64,000 nt of DNA from an uncultured Pelagibacteraceae bacterium (GCA_902525935.1 CABZJA010000004.1:19831-83830), one strand, 5' to 3'; shown: positions 51,518 through 61,753, counted from the first letter of the stretch. The notes: a model not told the origin generated them from the letters alone. Translations and numbers: made by a program.

Positions 51518-53668
51518 GTGGAGAGCATAGATCTGGAAACAGTAAAATCATTTGTTGATACTCTTTGGGTTATAGATTGTGCAATACTTGTTTTCATAAT
51601 GCAGGCAGGCTTTATGTGTATGGAGACAGGATTGTCTAGACATAAAAATAGTATTAACGTCGCTTTAAAAAATGCAGCTGATTTTGGTCTTGCAGTTGTA
51701 ATTTTTTGGCTATTCGGCTTTGGTTTGATGTTTGGAAAGAGTTTTAACGGCTATTTTGGAACTGATTTGTTCTTTTTTAAAACTGATCAAGCTGAATACA
51801 TGACATATTTTGTGTTTCAAGCAATGTTTGTTGCAACTGCAGCTACAATTGTTTCAGGTGCTGTTGCTGAAAGAATGAAGTTTAATGGTTATTTAATCAT
51901 AACAATAATAGCTACAGGAATTATATATCCAATTGTTGGTCATTGGGCATGGTCATCAAGTTATTTAAATAATATAGATGCTACAAGACAACTACTTGCT
52001 ATAACTGGACAGGTAAAAACTACGGGATGGCTTACAGATATTGGATTTGTTGATTTTGCTGGAAGCACTATTGTTCACTCAGTTGGTGGCTGGATTGCTT
52101 TATCAGCAGTTTTAATTTTAGGTCCTAGAATTGGAAAATATTCAGATGCAAATAAGGGAAAGTTTACTGGTTCAAGTTTTCCGCTTGCAGTTTTGGGAAC
52201 CTTAATTTTATGGTTTGGTTGGTTTGGTTTTAACGGTGGAAGTAATGGAGCTATGGATGATGCAGTTCCTTTAATTTTAATAAATACATTTCTAGCTGCA
52301 TCTTTTGGATTATTAACAGGTCTTGGGATTTCATTTGCATTATTTAAAAAACCAGATCCTTATTATGTAATTCTTGGACCACTTGCAGGTTTAGTTGCAA
52401 TTACAGCAGGATGTAATTCAATGACATCAGTAACCTCAATATTTGTTGGAATTATTGGAGCAGTGGTTGCAATTTTTGTAAATGAACTTTTAAATAAATT
52501 CGAAATAGATGATGTTGTTGGTGCCGTGCCTGTTCATTTGGCAGCAGGGATTTGGGGAACTATTGCAGTAGGTTTATTTAGTAATCTTGAAATTTTAGGA
52601 ACTGGATTATCAAGATTAGAACAAATTAAAGCACAGTTTATTGGAATTGTTTCAATTGGTATTTTTTCATTTTTTAGTTCATATATTTTATTAAAAATTT
52701 TAAATTATTTTTATCCTTTGAGAGTAAGTCCTTTGCATGAAGAATTAGGGCTTAATATTGCAGAACACAATGCTACTTCTGTTGAACATGATTTAATTAC
52801 AATTTTAGATAAACAATCTGAGTCTGGCGATTTAACAATTAGAGGACCACAAGATCCATTTACTGCAGGTGGTGTAATTGGACTTTATTACAATAGATTG
52901 ATGAGTAAACTAGAAACTAGCGAAGCTGAAAAGAAAGTATGGAGAGACAGAATTTCAAATGAAGTAAAACTTGCTGTTAAAGTTCAAGAAAATTTTCTAC
53001 CAAAGAGGAATTTAGAAAATTACCCTGTGCACGGAATTAATATTGCAGCTAGGGAAGTTTCAGGAGATTTCTTTAGCTTTTATCCTCACAATGATAGTGT
53101 TTACTTTATTATTGCAGATGTTGCGGGTAAAGGAATTCATGCTGGCATGGTAATGGCAAAAGCTTCAACTTTATTTGAGATAATGTCTAGAGATCAAGTA
53201 GATCCAGATGAAATGATGTTTCATATGAATAATGATCTGTTTTTAACTAAAACTGGAGGAATGTTTGTTACTAGTATATTGGGAGAATATAATATGAGAA
53301 CTGACGAATTAAGATGGGTAAACGGAGGTCATCAGCCAGCTATAATCAGATCATCATCAGGAAATTATAGACAATTTGCGAGCAATTCTCCACCTATGGG
53401 AGTAATACTTCAAAAAGACAAATCAGTTTACACAACTCATAAAGTTAAGCTTGAAAATAACAAGTTTTATGCATTTACTGACGGTTTATCAGAAAGCTTA
53501 AATAGCGAAGGCGAAGAAATAGGAATAGATGGCTCATTAAAAATTATAGAACAAAATTTTAACTCTGATACTAGTAAGCAATTATCTGATATATCAAACT
53601 CTGTAATTAAATCTGCTGGTGATAATAAACTAAGTGATGACTTAACACTAATATCAATAGGCAATTAA
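51518..53668 (+). CDS. Ammonium transporter (Amt) fused to PP2C/SpoIIE phosphatase
   Basis: Amt motifs FQAMF, DFAGSTIVH, WFGWFGFNGGS, DDVVGAVPVH; C-terminal VSGDFF, ADVAGKG, FTDG, DDLT; single uninterrupted ORF. Confidence 0.93.
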   Translation: MESIDLETVKSFVDTLWVIDCAILVFIMQAGFMCMETGLSRHKNSINVALKNAADFGLAVVIFWLFGFGLMFGKSFNGYFGTDLFFFKTDQAEYMTYFVFQAMFVATAATIVSGAVAERMKFNGYLIITIIATGIIYPIVGHWAWSSSYLNNIDATRQLLAITGQVKTTGWLTDIGFVDFAGSTIVHSVGGWIALSAVLILGPRIGKYSDANKGKFTGSSFPLAVLGTLILWFGWFGFNGGSNGAMDDAVPLILINTFLAASFGLLTGLGISFALFKKPDPYYVILGPLAGLVAITAGCNSMTSVTSIFVGIIGAVVAIFVNELLNKFEIDDVVGAVPVHLAAGIWGTIAVGLFSNLEILGTGLSRLEQIKAQFIGIVSIGIFSFFSSYILLKILNYFYPLRVSPLHEELGLNIAEHNATSVEHDLITILDKQSESGDLTIRGPQDPFTAGGVIGLYYNRLMSKLETSEAEKKVWRDRISNEVKLAVKVQENFLPKRNLENYPVHGINIAAREVSGDFFSFYPHNDSVYFIIADVAGKGIHAGMVMAKASTLFEIMSRDQVDPDEMMFHMNNDLFLTKTGGMFVTSILGEYNMRTDELRWVNGGHQPAIIRSSSGNYRQFASNSPPMGVILQKDKSVYTTHKVKLENNKFYAFTDGLSESLNSEGEEIGIDGSLKIIEQNFNSDTSKQLSDISNSVIKSAGDNKLSDDLTLISIGN

Positions 53669-53740
53669 GAATTCAGGTAAAATAAACCCGCGATCAAATA
53701 TCATATATATTAAACATATCTTAGAAAATATATTTCCAAC

Positions 53741-54982
53741 GTGGATGAAAAAAATCTAAAAATTGGAATTATTGGTGCTGGTATTCAAGGTGTCTGTAAT
53801 GCTTTGTTTCTTCAAAAAAAAGGATTCCAGGTAACACTTTTTGATAGAGAAGAACCAGGGAGTGCAGCATCATATGGAAATGCGGGACATTTTTCTCCTT
53901 ATGCGTCTGTTCCATTAAATAGACCAGATGTAATAGCAGATGTTCCTTCAATGCTGATAAGCTCCAGGGGGCCTTTAGCTCTAAAATGGAATTACGTACC
54001 AAAGATGATTCCTTGGTTTGCGAGATTTATTTTGAATTGTAGGGAAGAAAAAATGATGCATACAGCCAAAAATATGCATCAAATTTTAGATCAATCATTA
54101 CCAGCATTTGATGAATTATTTGACGAAATTGACCTAGATGGGTTAGTGGAAAATAATGGAATTCTTTATGTTTGGACAGATCAAAATATGAAGAGTAGAG
54201 AATTAGAAATTCGAATTAGAGATCAGCTAGGAGTAAAACAACAATTAGTTAATAAAAAAGAAATTCATGACTTAGAACCAAACCTGAAACCATTTTATCA
54301 TGGTGGGGTATTTTATGATTATGCAAGACACGCAAGAAATCCAAGAAAAATTTTAATAAAATTATTTGAAAATTTTGTAAACAAGGGTGGAAAATTTTTA
54401 AAATTAAATATTCAAAATATAGATTTTGATGAAGAAAAGCCTGTTCTTAGAACTGAGACTCAAAGATTTATTTTTGATAGACTTGTTGTTGCATGTGGAG
54501 CATTTTCAAAAAGACTAACGGATAAACTACATGAAAATATTCCTTTAGATACTGAAAGAGGTTATCATATTCACTTTAAAGATTTTGACCATTTAATTTC
54601 AAGACCCATTGTTTATGCAAATAGAGGTTTTGGAATGACACCTATGGAACAAGGATTACGAGTCGTTGGTACAGTTGAATTTGGAGGTTTGGAAAATTCT
54701 CTATCTAAATCCAGAATAAAAAACTTGATATTAAACGCAAAGGATATGCTAGATGGTTTACCAGAACATAAAGATGAATGGCTAGGTTTTAGACCCACAT
54801 TGCCAGACTTTCTACCAGTTCTAGGGCCATCAAAAAACTATAAAAATGTTTTTTATTCATTTGGTCATCATCACTTAGGTTGGACACTAGGAGCGATATC
54901 AGGAAAAATTATATCTAAAATGATCTCAGACGAGAATACCAACTTAGATTTGCAGCCATACAGTTCAATTAGGTTTAGTTAA
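53741..54982 (+). CDS. D-amino acid dehydrogenase-like FAD oxidoreductase (DadA family)
   Basis: IIGAGIQG, ASYGNAG, ERGYH, WLGFRP, FGHHHLGWTLG. Confidence 0.85.
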   Translation: MDEKNLKIGIIGAGIQGVCNALFLQKKGFQVTLFDREEPGSAASYGNAGHFSPYASVPLNRPDVIADVPSMLISSRGPLALKWNYVPKMIPWFARFILNCREEKMMHTAKNMHQILDQSLPAFDELFDEIDLDGLVENNGILYVWTDQNMKSRELEIRIRDQLGVKQQLVNKKEIHDLEPNLKPFYHGGVFYDYARHARNPRKILIKLFENFVNKGGKFLKLNIQNIDFDEEKPVLRTETQRFIFDRLVVACGAFSKRLTDKLHENIPLDTERGYHIHFKDFDHLISRPIVYANRGFGMTPMEQGLRVVGTVEFGGLENSLSKSRIKNLILNAKDMLDGLPEHKDEWLGFRPTLPDFLPVLGPSKNYKNVFYSFGHHHLGWTLGAISGKIISKMISDENTNLDLQPYSSIRFS

Positions 54983-55006
54983 AAGTATCCTTTTATAGTA
55001 CTCTAT

Positions 55007-55915
55007 ATGATGCTTGAAAATAAAAGTAATATCATAATTGCATCTATTTTGCTTTTTTTAGCAGCTTTGTTTTGGTCAGGAAATTTTATTGTTGGAAAGA
55101 TAGCAGGTCAAAATGAAATACCTCCAATATCATTAAACATACTAAGATGGTCACTGGCGTTTTTAATTTTACTACCTTTTACTTATAAAGAGATGCTTAA
55201 AAAAAAGGAATTAATTTTTAAAAATATTTATCTCTTATGTTTTCTAGGTATAACAGCGGTCAGTATCTTTAATTCAGCACTTTTTTATTCTTTGAAAACT
55301 ACACAAGTAATTACAGGTGTTCTTATGATTTCTACTGTTCCAGTTATGATCATTTTATTTTCTATAATTTTAAAAATAGAAAAAACAAATACCTTTCAAG
55401 TTTTGGGAGTTATTTTTTCTTTATTAGGTGTGTTATTTATAATTTCTAAAGCAGATTTTGATGTCTTTAAAAATTTAGCTTTTGAAAAAGGAGATTTATT
55501 TGCATTATTTGCGATGATATCCTGGTCACTTTATTCAGCGCTTTTAAAGAAAAAAAATTATGGATTATCGCCTATAACTTTACTTCAAGTTGTTATTGGG
55601 CTTGGTGTAATATTTCTTATACCAATGTATGCAATAGATTATATTTACGTTGGTAATCGAATTACAATTAATTCAAATTTCATTCTTGTTTTATCTTACG
55701 TTGTTTTGTTACCTGGAATCATTTCTTTCTTTTTCTGGATAAAAGGTGTTGCTTTAATAGGTGCAAATAGAGCAGGAATTTATTTACATTTAATGCCAAT
55801 TCTTGCAGCAATTCTTGCAATGATAATATTTGATGAAGTATTGCTATTTTATCATTATATCGGTGGAATATTTATTATTTCAGGCATATTACTTTCAAAC
55901 AAAAAAAATGCTTAA
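55007..55915 (+). CDS. DMT/EamA-family transporter
   Basis: About 10 TM segments, FWSGNF, IGANRAG. Confidence 0.88.
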   Translation: MMLENKSNIIIASILLFLAALFWSGNFIVGKIAGQNEIPPISLNILRWSLAFLILLPFTYKEMLKKKELIFKNIYLLCFLGITAVSIFNSALFYSLKTTQVITGVLMISTVPVMIILFSIILKIEKTNTFQVLGVIFSLLGVLFIISKADFDVFKNLAFEKGDLFALFAMISWSLYSALLKKKNYGLSPITLLQVVIGLGVIFLIPMYAIDYIYVGNRITINSNFILVLSYVVLLPGIISFFFWIKGVALIGANRAGIYLHLMPILAAILAMIIFDEVLLFYHYIGGIFIISGILLSNKKNA

Positions 55916-56858
55916 AGTAGCTATACTCGACGATTATCAAAATATCGCAAAAGATTTTATTGATCTTAAAAAATTATCTTCAAAATATGAATTTCATGTA
56001 TTTAATGATCCATTTGAAAATGAGGATGATGCAATTGAAAAATTAAAAGAATTTGAAGTTCTTTTTATAATGAGAGAGAGAACAAAAATAACGAAACAAT
56101 TAATAGAAAGTTTAAAAAAATTAAAATTAATTGCCACTAGTGGAATGAGAAATAAATCGATAAATTTAGAAGCAGCTAAAAAAAATAAAGTTTTGGTCAC
56201 TGGTACTGAAATTAATAGTAACCCAACACCAGAGTTAACTTGGGCATTTATTTTAGGACTTGCTAGAAATTTTAAGACAGAAATAGATAATATGTATCAA
56301 GGTTATTGGCAGTCGACAATTGGAGTTGAGCTTAAAGGTAAGATCTTAGGTTTACTTGGATTGGGGAGAGTTGGTTCTCAAGTTGCAAAAATTGGCAAAG
56401 TTTTTGGCATGCAAGTTATGGCATGGAGTGAAAACTTGAGTTTAGATAAATGTAAGGAACTTGATGTTTTGCCATGTAACAAAGACGATTTAATTCAAAA
56501 TTCAGACTTTCTATCAATTCATGTTCAAGGAGGAGATAGATATAGAAATTGTATTACTATTAAAGAATTCGAGAAAATGAAAAAAACTTCCTATTTAATA
56601 AACACTTCAAGAGGTGAAATAGTTAATGAAGACGATCTCATTATAGCATTATCTACAAATATAATTGCTGGAGCCGGTTTAGATGTTTACGAAAAAGAAC
56701 CACTGCCTGAAAGCCACAAGCTTAGATTTGTGCAGAATGCTCTTTTACTTCCTCATATTGGTTACGTAACCGCTGAAAATTATGCAACTTTCTATAGTCA
56801 AATGATTGAAAATCTTGATAGTTTTTTATCAGGCAAACCGAAAAGAGTTATAGAATAA
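55908..56858 (+). CDS. D-2-hydroxyacid dehydrogenase family protein
   Basis: VAILDDYQ, MRERT, GLGRVG, NTSRG, LDVYEKEP, PHIG; ATG at 55908. Confidence 0.9.
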   Translation: MLKVAILDDYQNIAKDFIDLKKLSSKYEFHVFNDPFENEDDAIEKLKEFEVLFIMRERTKITKQLIESLKKLKLIATSGMRNKSINLEAAKKNKVLVTGTEINSNPTPELTWAFILGLARNFKTEIDNMYQGYWQSTIGVELKGKILGLLGLGRVGSQVAKIGKVFGMQVMAWSENLSLDKCKELDVLPCNKDDLIQNSDFLSIHVQGGDRYRNCITIKEFEKMKKTSYLINTSRGEIVNEDDLIIALSTNIIAGAGLDVYEKEPLPESHKLRFVQNALLLPHIGYVTAENYATFYSQMIENLDSFLSGKPKRVIE

Positions 56859-56918
56859 TCAAAATTTTAGACAATTTTATCAGATAAAATTTTAATTTTT
56901 TTGTGTATACTATTTTAA

Positions 56919-59573
56919 ATGAGCAAGGAACTTAAAGCTAATCAAAATCAAAAATTAGATAATCAAGAACTAAATGATTGGCTAGATTCTTTAGATTCAG
57001 TAGTTGAAAATCATGGTAGAGAGGGCGCCAAACTAATTTTAGAAAAACTCGAGAAAAGAGCAAAAGATTTAAGAGTATTATATTCACCAGTTCCATATTC
57101 ACCATATAGAAATACGATATCTCAATATGATCAAGGAATTTATCCTGGTGATTTAGCAATTGAAGAAAAAATTACAGCAATCTTAAGATGGAATGCTTTA
57201 ACCATGGTTATGAAAGCAAATAAAAATTATGGAGGGCTTGGAGGACATATAGCAAGTTATGCATCTTTTGCCGAAGTATTTGAAACTGGGTTTAATCATT
57301 TTTTTCAAGGTGGCGATGAAGCAGATTTAATTTTTTATCAATCTCAGTGCACAACAGGAATATATGCAAGATCATTTTTAGAGGGAAGATTAACAAAAAA
57401 TCATCTAGAACATTATAGACAAGAGTTAAATGAGCAAGGACTATCATCATATTGCCATCCGTATTTAATGAGAGATTACTGGACATTTACCACTTCATCG
57501 ATGGGAATAGGTTTAGTTAATGCTATCTACCAAGCTCGTTTCATGAAATATTTAGAAAATAGAAACTTATTAAAAACAAATAAAAGAGTTTGGGGTTTAT
57601 TTGGAGATGGTGAAATGGATGAACCCGAGAGTTTGGCTGGGTTATCTATCGCATCAAGAGAAAAATTAGATAATTTAACTTTTATTATAAATTGTAATCT
57701 CCAAAGATTAGATGGACCTGTAAGAGGTAATGGACAAATTATCCAAGAACTTGAGACAATTTTTAAAGCTAATGGTTGGAATGTTATAAAAGTACTTTGG
57801 GGATCTGAATGGGATAAAATTTTTCAACAAGATAAAGATCATTTGTTGTTAAAGCGTTTTGCTAAAACTGTAGATGGAAAATATCAAACATTAGGTGCAA
57901 GAGATGGAGAGTATAACCTAAAAAACTTTTTTGCAGAGGACCCAGAAGTTTTAAAATTGGTTTCTTCACTAAGCAAAGATGAAATTGATAAACTCAAAAG
58001 AGGAGGTCACGATTTTAAAAAACTTTATGCTGCATTTAATGCTGCTGTTAAAACTAAAGGCAAGCCTACAGTTATTTTAGCTAAAACAAAAAAAGGGTAT
58101 GGAATGGGAAAAGCTGGAGAGTCGAAAATGACTAACCACCAGCAAAAAGAATTAAATCTCGATGCATTAAAAGAGTTTAGAGATCGATTTCAATTAGATA
58201 TTTCAGATAATAAATTAGAAAATATGGAGTTTTATAAACCAGATGAAAATTCAGAGGAAATTAAATATTTAAAAAAAAGAAGGGAAGCTTTAGGAGGATC
58301 TTTACCAAAAAGAAGCTTTAAAGAAGTTCAATTGACTACTCCAAAAATTGAAAAACACTCAAACTTTTTATTCGAAGAAAGTGATAGAGAATATTCAACA
58401 ACGACTGGACTGGTAAGGTCTCTAGGAAATATAATGAGAGATAAAGATTTTGGAAAAAGAGTTGTTCCGATTGTAGCTGATGAAGCAAGAACTTTTGGAA
58501 TGGCAAATTTGTTTTCACAAATTGGAATTTATTCGCCTGATGGACAATTATATGAGCCTGAGGATGCAACCTCAATTTTAAAATATCAAGAGTCTAAGAC
58601 TGGACAATTGCTAGAGGAAGGAATTAATGAAGCTGCAGCTATCTCTTCATGGTTAGCGGCCGCAACATCATACAGCAATCATAATTTTCCTATGATGCCT
58701 TTTTATATATTTTATTCAATGTTTGGCTTTCAGAGGATTGGTGACTTGATATGGGCTGCAGCCGATCAAATGCCAAGAGGTTTTTTAATAGGAGCAACTG
58801 CTGGAAGAACAACTTTAGCAGGTGAAGGTTTGCAGCATCAAGATGGACAAAGTCAGGTAATAGCTTCAACTTTTCCAAATCTTAAATCTTATGATCCTTG
58901 TTATGCAGGTGAGTTAGCAATAATTTTTGATGATGGTATGAGAAGAATGATGACAGAATGCAGAGATGAATTTTATTATGTAACAGTTAACAATGAAAAA
59001 TATGCGCATCCAAAAATTGATCTTAAAAATAAAGAAGGAATTATAAAAGGTGGATATTTATTCAAAGATAACTCAAATGATAAAATTAATATTAATTTAT
59101 TAGGATCTGGTCCAATTTTTAGAGAATGTATCGAAGCAGCAAATATTTTGAAAGATGAATACGGAATTGGATCAAAATTATTTAGTATCACTAGCTATTC
59201 TGAGTTAGAAAAAGATGCAAAATCTATTTTAAGGCAAAATACATTATCGCCAGCAAACAAAAAACAAAATTATTTACAAAAATTAATTTCAAATAACGAT
59301 CCAATTGTAGCAACTTCGGACTATGTTAGAGCATATTCTCAACTTATCTCAAGTTACACTGACAATAAGTTTCTAGCATTAGGTACAGATGGATTTGGCA
59401 GAAGTGACACTAGGAAAAATTTAAGAGATTTCTTCGAAGTTGATAGTAAGCATATTGTTGTTAGTTCCCTTTACACTTTATATGAGGAGAAAAAAATTCC
59501 ATTAGATTTGTTAGAAAAAGCTATCAAAAAATATAATTTAAATAATAATAAAAATAATCCTTGGGAAGTTTAG
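56919..59573 (+). CDS. Homodimeric 2-oxoacid dehydrogenase E1 (AceE/MdeB-like)
   Basis: GGHIASYAS, GDGEMDEPES...NCNLQRLDG ThDP motif, GEGLQHQDG, LGTDGFGRSD. Confidence 0.9.
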   Translation: MSKELKANQNQKLDNQELNDWLDSLDSVVENHGREGAKLILEKLEKRAKDLRVLYSPVPYSPYRNTISQYDQGIYPGDLAIEEKITAILRWNALTMVMKANKNYGGLGGHIASYASFAEVFETGFNHFFQGGDEADLIFYQSQCTTGIYARSFLEGRLTKNHLEHYRQELNEQGLSSYCHPYLMRDYWTFTTSSMGIGLVNAIYQARFMKYLENRNLLKTNKRVWGLFGDGEMDEPESLAGLSIASREKLDNLTFIINCNLQRLDGPVRGNGQIIQELETIFKANGWNVIKVLWGSEWDKIFQQDKDHLLLKRFAKTVDGKYQTLGARDGEYNLKNFFAEDPEVLKLVSSLSKDEIDKLKRGGHDFKKLYAAFNAAVKTKGKPTVILAKTKKGYGMGKAGESKMTNHQQKELNLDALKEFRDRFQLDISDNKLENMEFYKPDENSEEIKYLKKRREALGGSLPKRSFKEVQLTTPKIEKHSNFLFEESDREYSTTTGLVRSLGNIMRDKDFGKRVVPIVADEARTFGMANLFSQIGIYSPDGQLYEPEDATSILKYQESKTGQLLEEGINEAAAISSWLAAATSYSNHNFPMMPFYIFYSMFGFQRIGDLIWAAADQMPRGFLIGATAGRTTLAGEGLQHQDGQSQVIASTFPNLKSYDPCYAGELAIIFDDGMRRMMTECRDEFYYVTVNNEKYAHPKIDLKNKEGIIKGGYLFKDNSNDKININLLGSGPIFRECIEAANILKDEYGIGSKLFSITSYSELEKDAKSILRQNTLSPANKKQNYLQKLISNNDPIVATSDYVRAYSQLISSYTDNKFLALGTDGFGRSDTRKNLRDFFEVDSKHIVVSSLYTLYEEKKIPLDLLEKAIKKYNLNNNKNNPWEV

Positions 59574-59588
59574 CAAAGAAAATTTGTA

Positions 59589-60482
59589 ATGGACTTACCT
59601 GTTGTTAATCATCAAGATTATGAGGCACAATTAAACGATGATAACAAATTTCCGATAAAAAAGTTTGGAGAATTAGCCAAATATTTGGTTTTGCATAAAG
59701 TAGTGAAAACTTTTCATAAACCAGAACCTTGTTCTATCGAAACCTTGAAGGAAGCACATTCTCTTGAATACATTAATAAGATAAAAAACAAATCTCTAGA
59801 TAAAAATGAGGTGAGGAAAATTGGTTTTCCACTAGTTGATAGCGTTGTCAGAAGATCTTTCATCGCAACTGGTGGAACAGTTATGGCAACAAAACTTGCT
59901 TTAAATTATGGAATAGCATGCAACACTGCCGGCGGAAGTCATCATGCAAGCTATGATGAGGGTGCTGGTTATTGTGTTTTTAATGATGTAGCGGTAGCTG
60001 CTAAATATCTAACAATTAGGGGATTGGCAAATAGAATTTTAATAATAGATTTGGATGTGCATCAGGGTAATGGAAATTCTGAAATATTTAAAAATGATAA
60101 TCAGGTATTTACATTTAGTATGCATTCAAAAGTAAATTATCCTGCAAAAAAATCTATTTCTGATTTAGATGTAGAACTTGAGGAAAATTTAGAGGATAAA
60201 AAATATTTAGAGATTTTGAAATCAAACTTAAAACTTCTAAATCAAGAGGAATTTGATTTTATTTTTTATATTGCTGGAGTTGATATTCATTATAATGATA
60301 GGTTAGGTAAATTAAAAATCTCTGACGAAGGTATAATTAAAAGAGATGAGATAGTAATTGATAATTTTTTTTCAAATAAAATTCCAATTTGTGGCGTATT
60401 GGGAGGTGGATACAACAAAGATTTCGATAAATTAATAGAATTACATTCTTGTTTACACAAAACATGTGCTAAGTTTATTTAA
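59589..60482 (+). CDS. Histone deacetylase-family amidohydrolase
   Basis: GGSHHA, GYCVFND, DLDVHQGNG, GGGY. Confidence 0.9.
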   Translation: MDLPVVNHQDYEAQLNDDNKFPIKKFGELAKYLVLHKVVKTFHKPEPCSIETLKEAHSLEYINKIKNKSLDKNEVRKIGFPLVDSVVRRSFIATGGTVMATKLALNYGIACNTAGGSHHASYDEGAGYCVFNDVAVAAKYLTIRGLANRILIIDLDVHQGNGNSEIFKNDNQVFTFSMHSKVNYPAKKSISDLDVELEENLEDKKYLEILKSNLKLLNQEEFDFIFYIAGVDIHYNDRLGKLKISDEGIIKRDEIVIDNFFSNKIPICGVLGGGYNKDFDKLIELHSCLHKTCAKFI

Positions 60483-60848
60483 ATGAAAAAAAATAACAAC
60501 TTAACATCTGAACAGAAGTTAGTTTTATTTGATGAGGCAACTGAACCACCTGGATCAAGTGAATTAAATAATGAAAAAAGAGAAGGCTCATATCACTGTG
60601 CTAACTGTGATGCTGAACTATTTAAATCGTCAACAAAATATGAAAGTGGATCAGGTTGGCCATCTTTCTATAAATCTCTTCCAGATGTTTTTGAAACTAA
60701 AACTGATCATCATATCGGTTATGTTAGAACAGAGTATCATTGTAAGAAATGTGGTGGACATCATGGTCATATTTTTGATGATGGCCCACAACCTACAGGT
60801 AAAAGATACTGTAACAATGGTATTTGTTTAATATTTAAAGCAAAATAA
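60483..60848 (+). CDS. msrB: Peptide-methionine (R)-S-oxide reductase
   Basis: ATEPP, SGSGWPSF, HHGHIFDDGP, RYCNNG. Confidence 0.95.
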   Translation: MKKNNNLTSEQKLVLFDEATEPPGSSELNNEKREGSYHCANCDAELFKSSTKYESGSGWPSFYKSLPDVFETKTDHHIGYVRTEYHCKKCGGHHGHIFDDGPQPTGKRYCNNGICLIFKAK

Positions 60849-60924
60849 TTACTTAATTCGTTAATTTTTTTTGTTCATTTAATGTTTTTTATCATTATAG
60901 TGTATAAAATTATAAATTAAATTT

Positions 60925-61752
60925 ATGAAAAAACTTTTAACTGTTATCATTTCTTTATTTTTTTTAGCATCAGCATCAAATGCAGATGTAATATCAGAAT
61001 ATATATCTAATTTGATACCAGGAGATGGAGATACTGAAGTAAGTATAGATTTAAGAGAAAATTATTCTCCAGATTTTAGCATCTTGATGGTTAGAGAATT
61101 ATCATCTGCTACTAATGAAAATACTTTTACACAACTTTCACTTTTTAATACTGAAAAAGAATCTTCTGATAGATTTGTTGCAAATATTGGTTTAGGAAAA
61201 AGATTTTTAAGTGATGACAAGTCCTCTATGACTGGTGTTAATGCTTTTCTTGATTATGATGGTGAGGGAAATTTAAGAACTAGTATTGGTTTAGAAGTAA
61301 GAGGAGCAGTTTTAGATTTTGCATTTAACAATTATTTTGGAATGGACGATGCGTCAGGTGAAAAAGTTTTAGATGGTTATGATATGAGATTAGCCTCTCA
61401 AATTCCATATTTACATTGGGCTGATGTGTTTGTTAATTCCTATTCATGGGATGGAGAAACCCGAGATGATGTAAAGGGTTTAGTTTATGGTTCAGAATTA
61501 TCTTTATCTCCAAGTGTAAATTTTGAAATTGCCTATGATGACAAAGATAAGGCAGGTCTTGAGGATGAATACTATGTTAAATTAATGTTCGTATACCCTC
61601 CAAGAAATACAGCATCATTAGCAGACGGTATAAGTGGTGAAATATGGAGATCTCAAACTGATATGTCTAATCAGATGTTAACTAAAGTTCAAAGAAATAA
61701 TAAAATAATGGTAGAGTTTAATGGTTCTGCTTCTATAGTGAGAGCGGACTAA
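60925..61752 (+). CDS. Inverse autotransporter (intimin/invasin-type) beta-domain protein lacking a passenger
   Basis: Signal peptide, ANIGLGKR, GVNAFLDYD, LDGYD, terminal VQRNNKIMVEF linker motif. Confidence 0.75.
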   Translation: MKKLLTVIISLFFLASASNADVISEYISNLIPGDGDTEVSIDLRENYSPDFSILMVRELSSATNENTFTQLSLFNTEKESSDRFVANIGLGKRFLSDDKSSMTGVNAFLDYDGEGNLRTSIGLEVRGAVLDFAFNNYFGMDDASGEKVLDGYDMRLASQIPYLHWADVFVNSYSWDGETRDDVKGLVYGSELSLSPSVNFEIAYDDKDKAGLEDEYYVKLMFVYPPRNTASLADGISGEIWRSQTDMSNQMLTKVQRNNKIMVEFNGSASIVRAD

Positions 61753-61753
61753 T

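Noticed and set aside
55830-55907. Upstream extensions given by the ORF track (also 11920, 17720, 43785, 6400)
   Set aside because: Downstream ATGs that overlap or abut the previous stop, or match the family N-terminus, are more plausible starts
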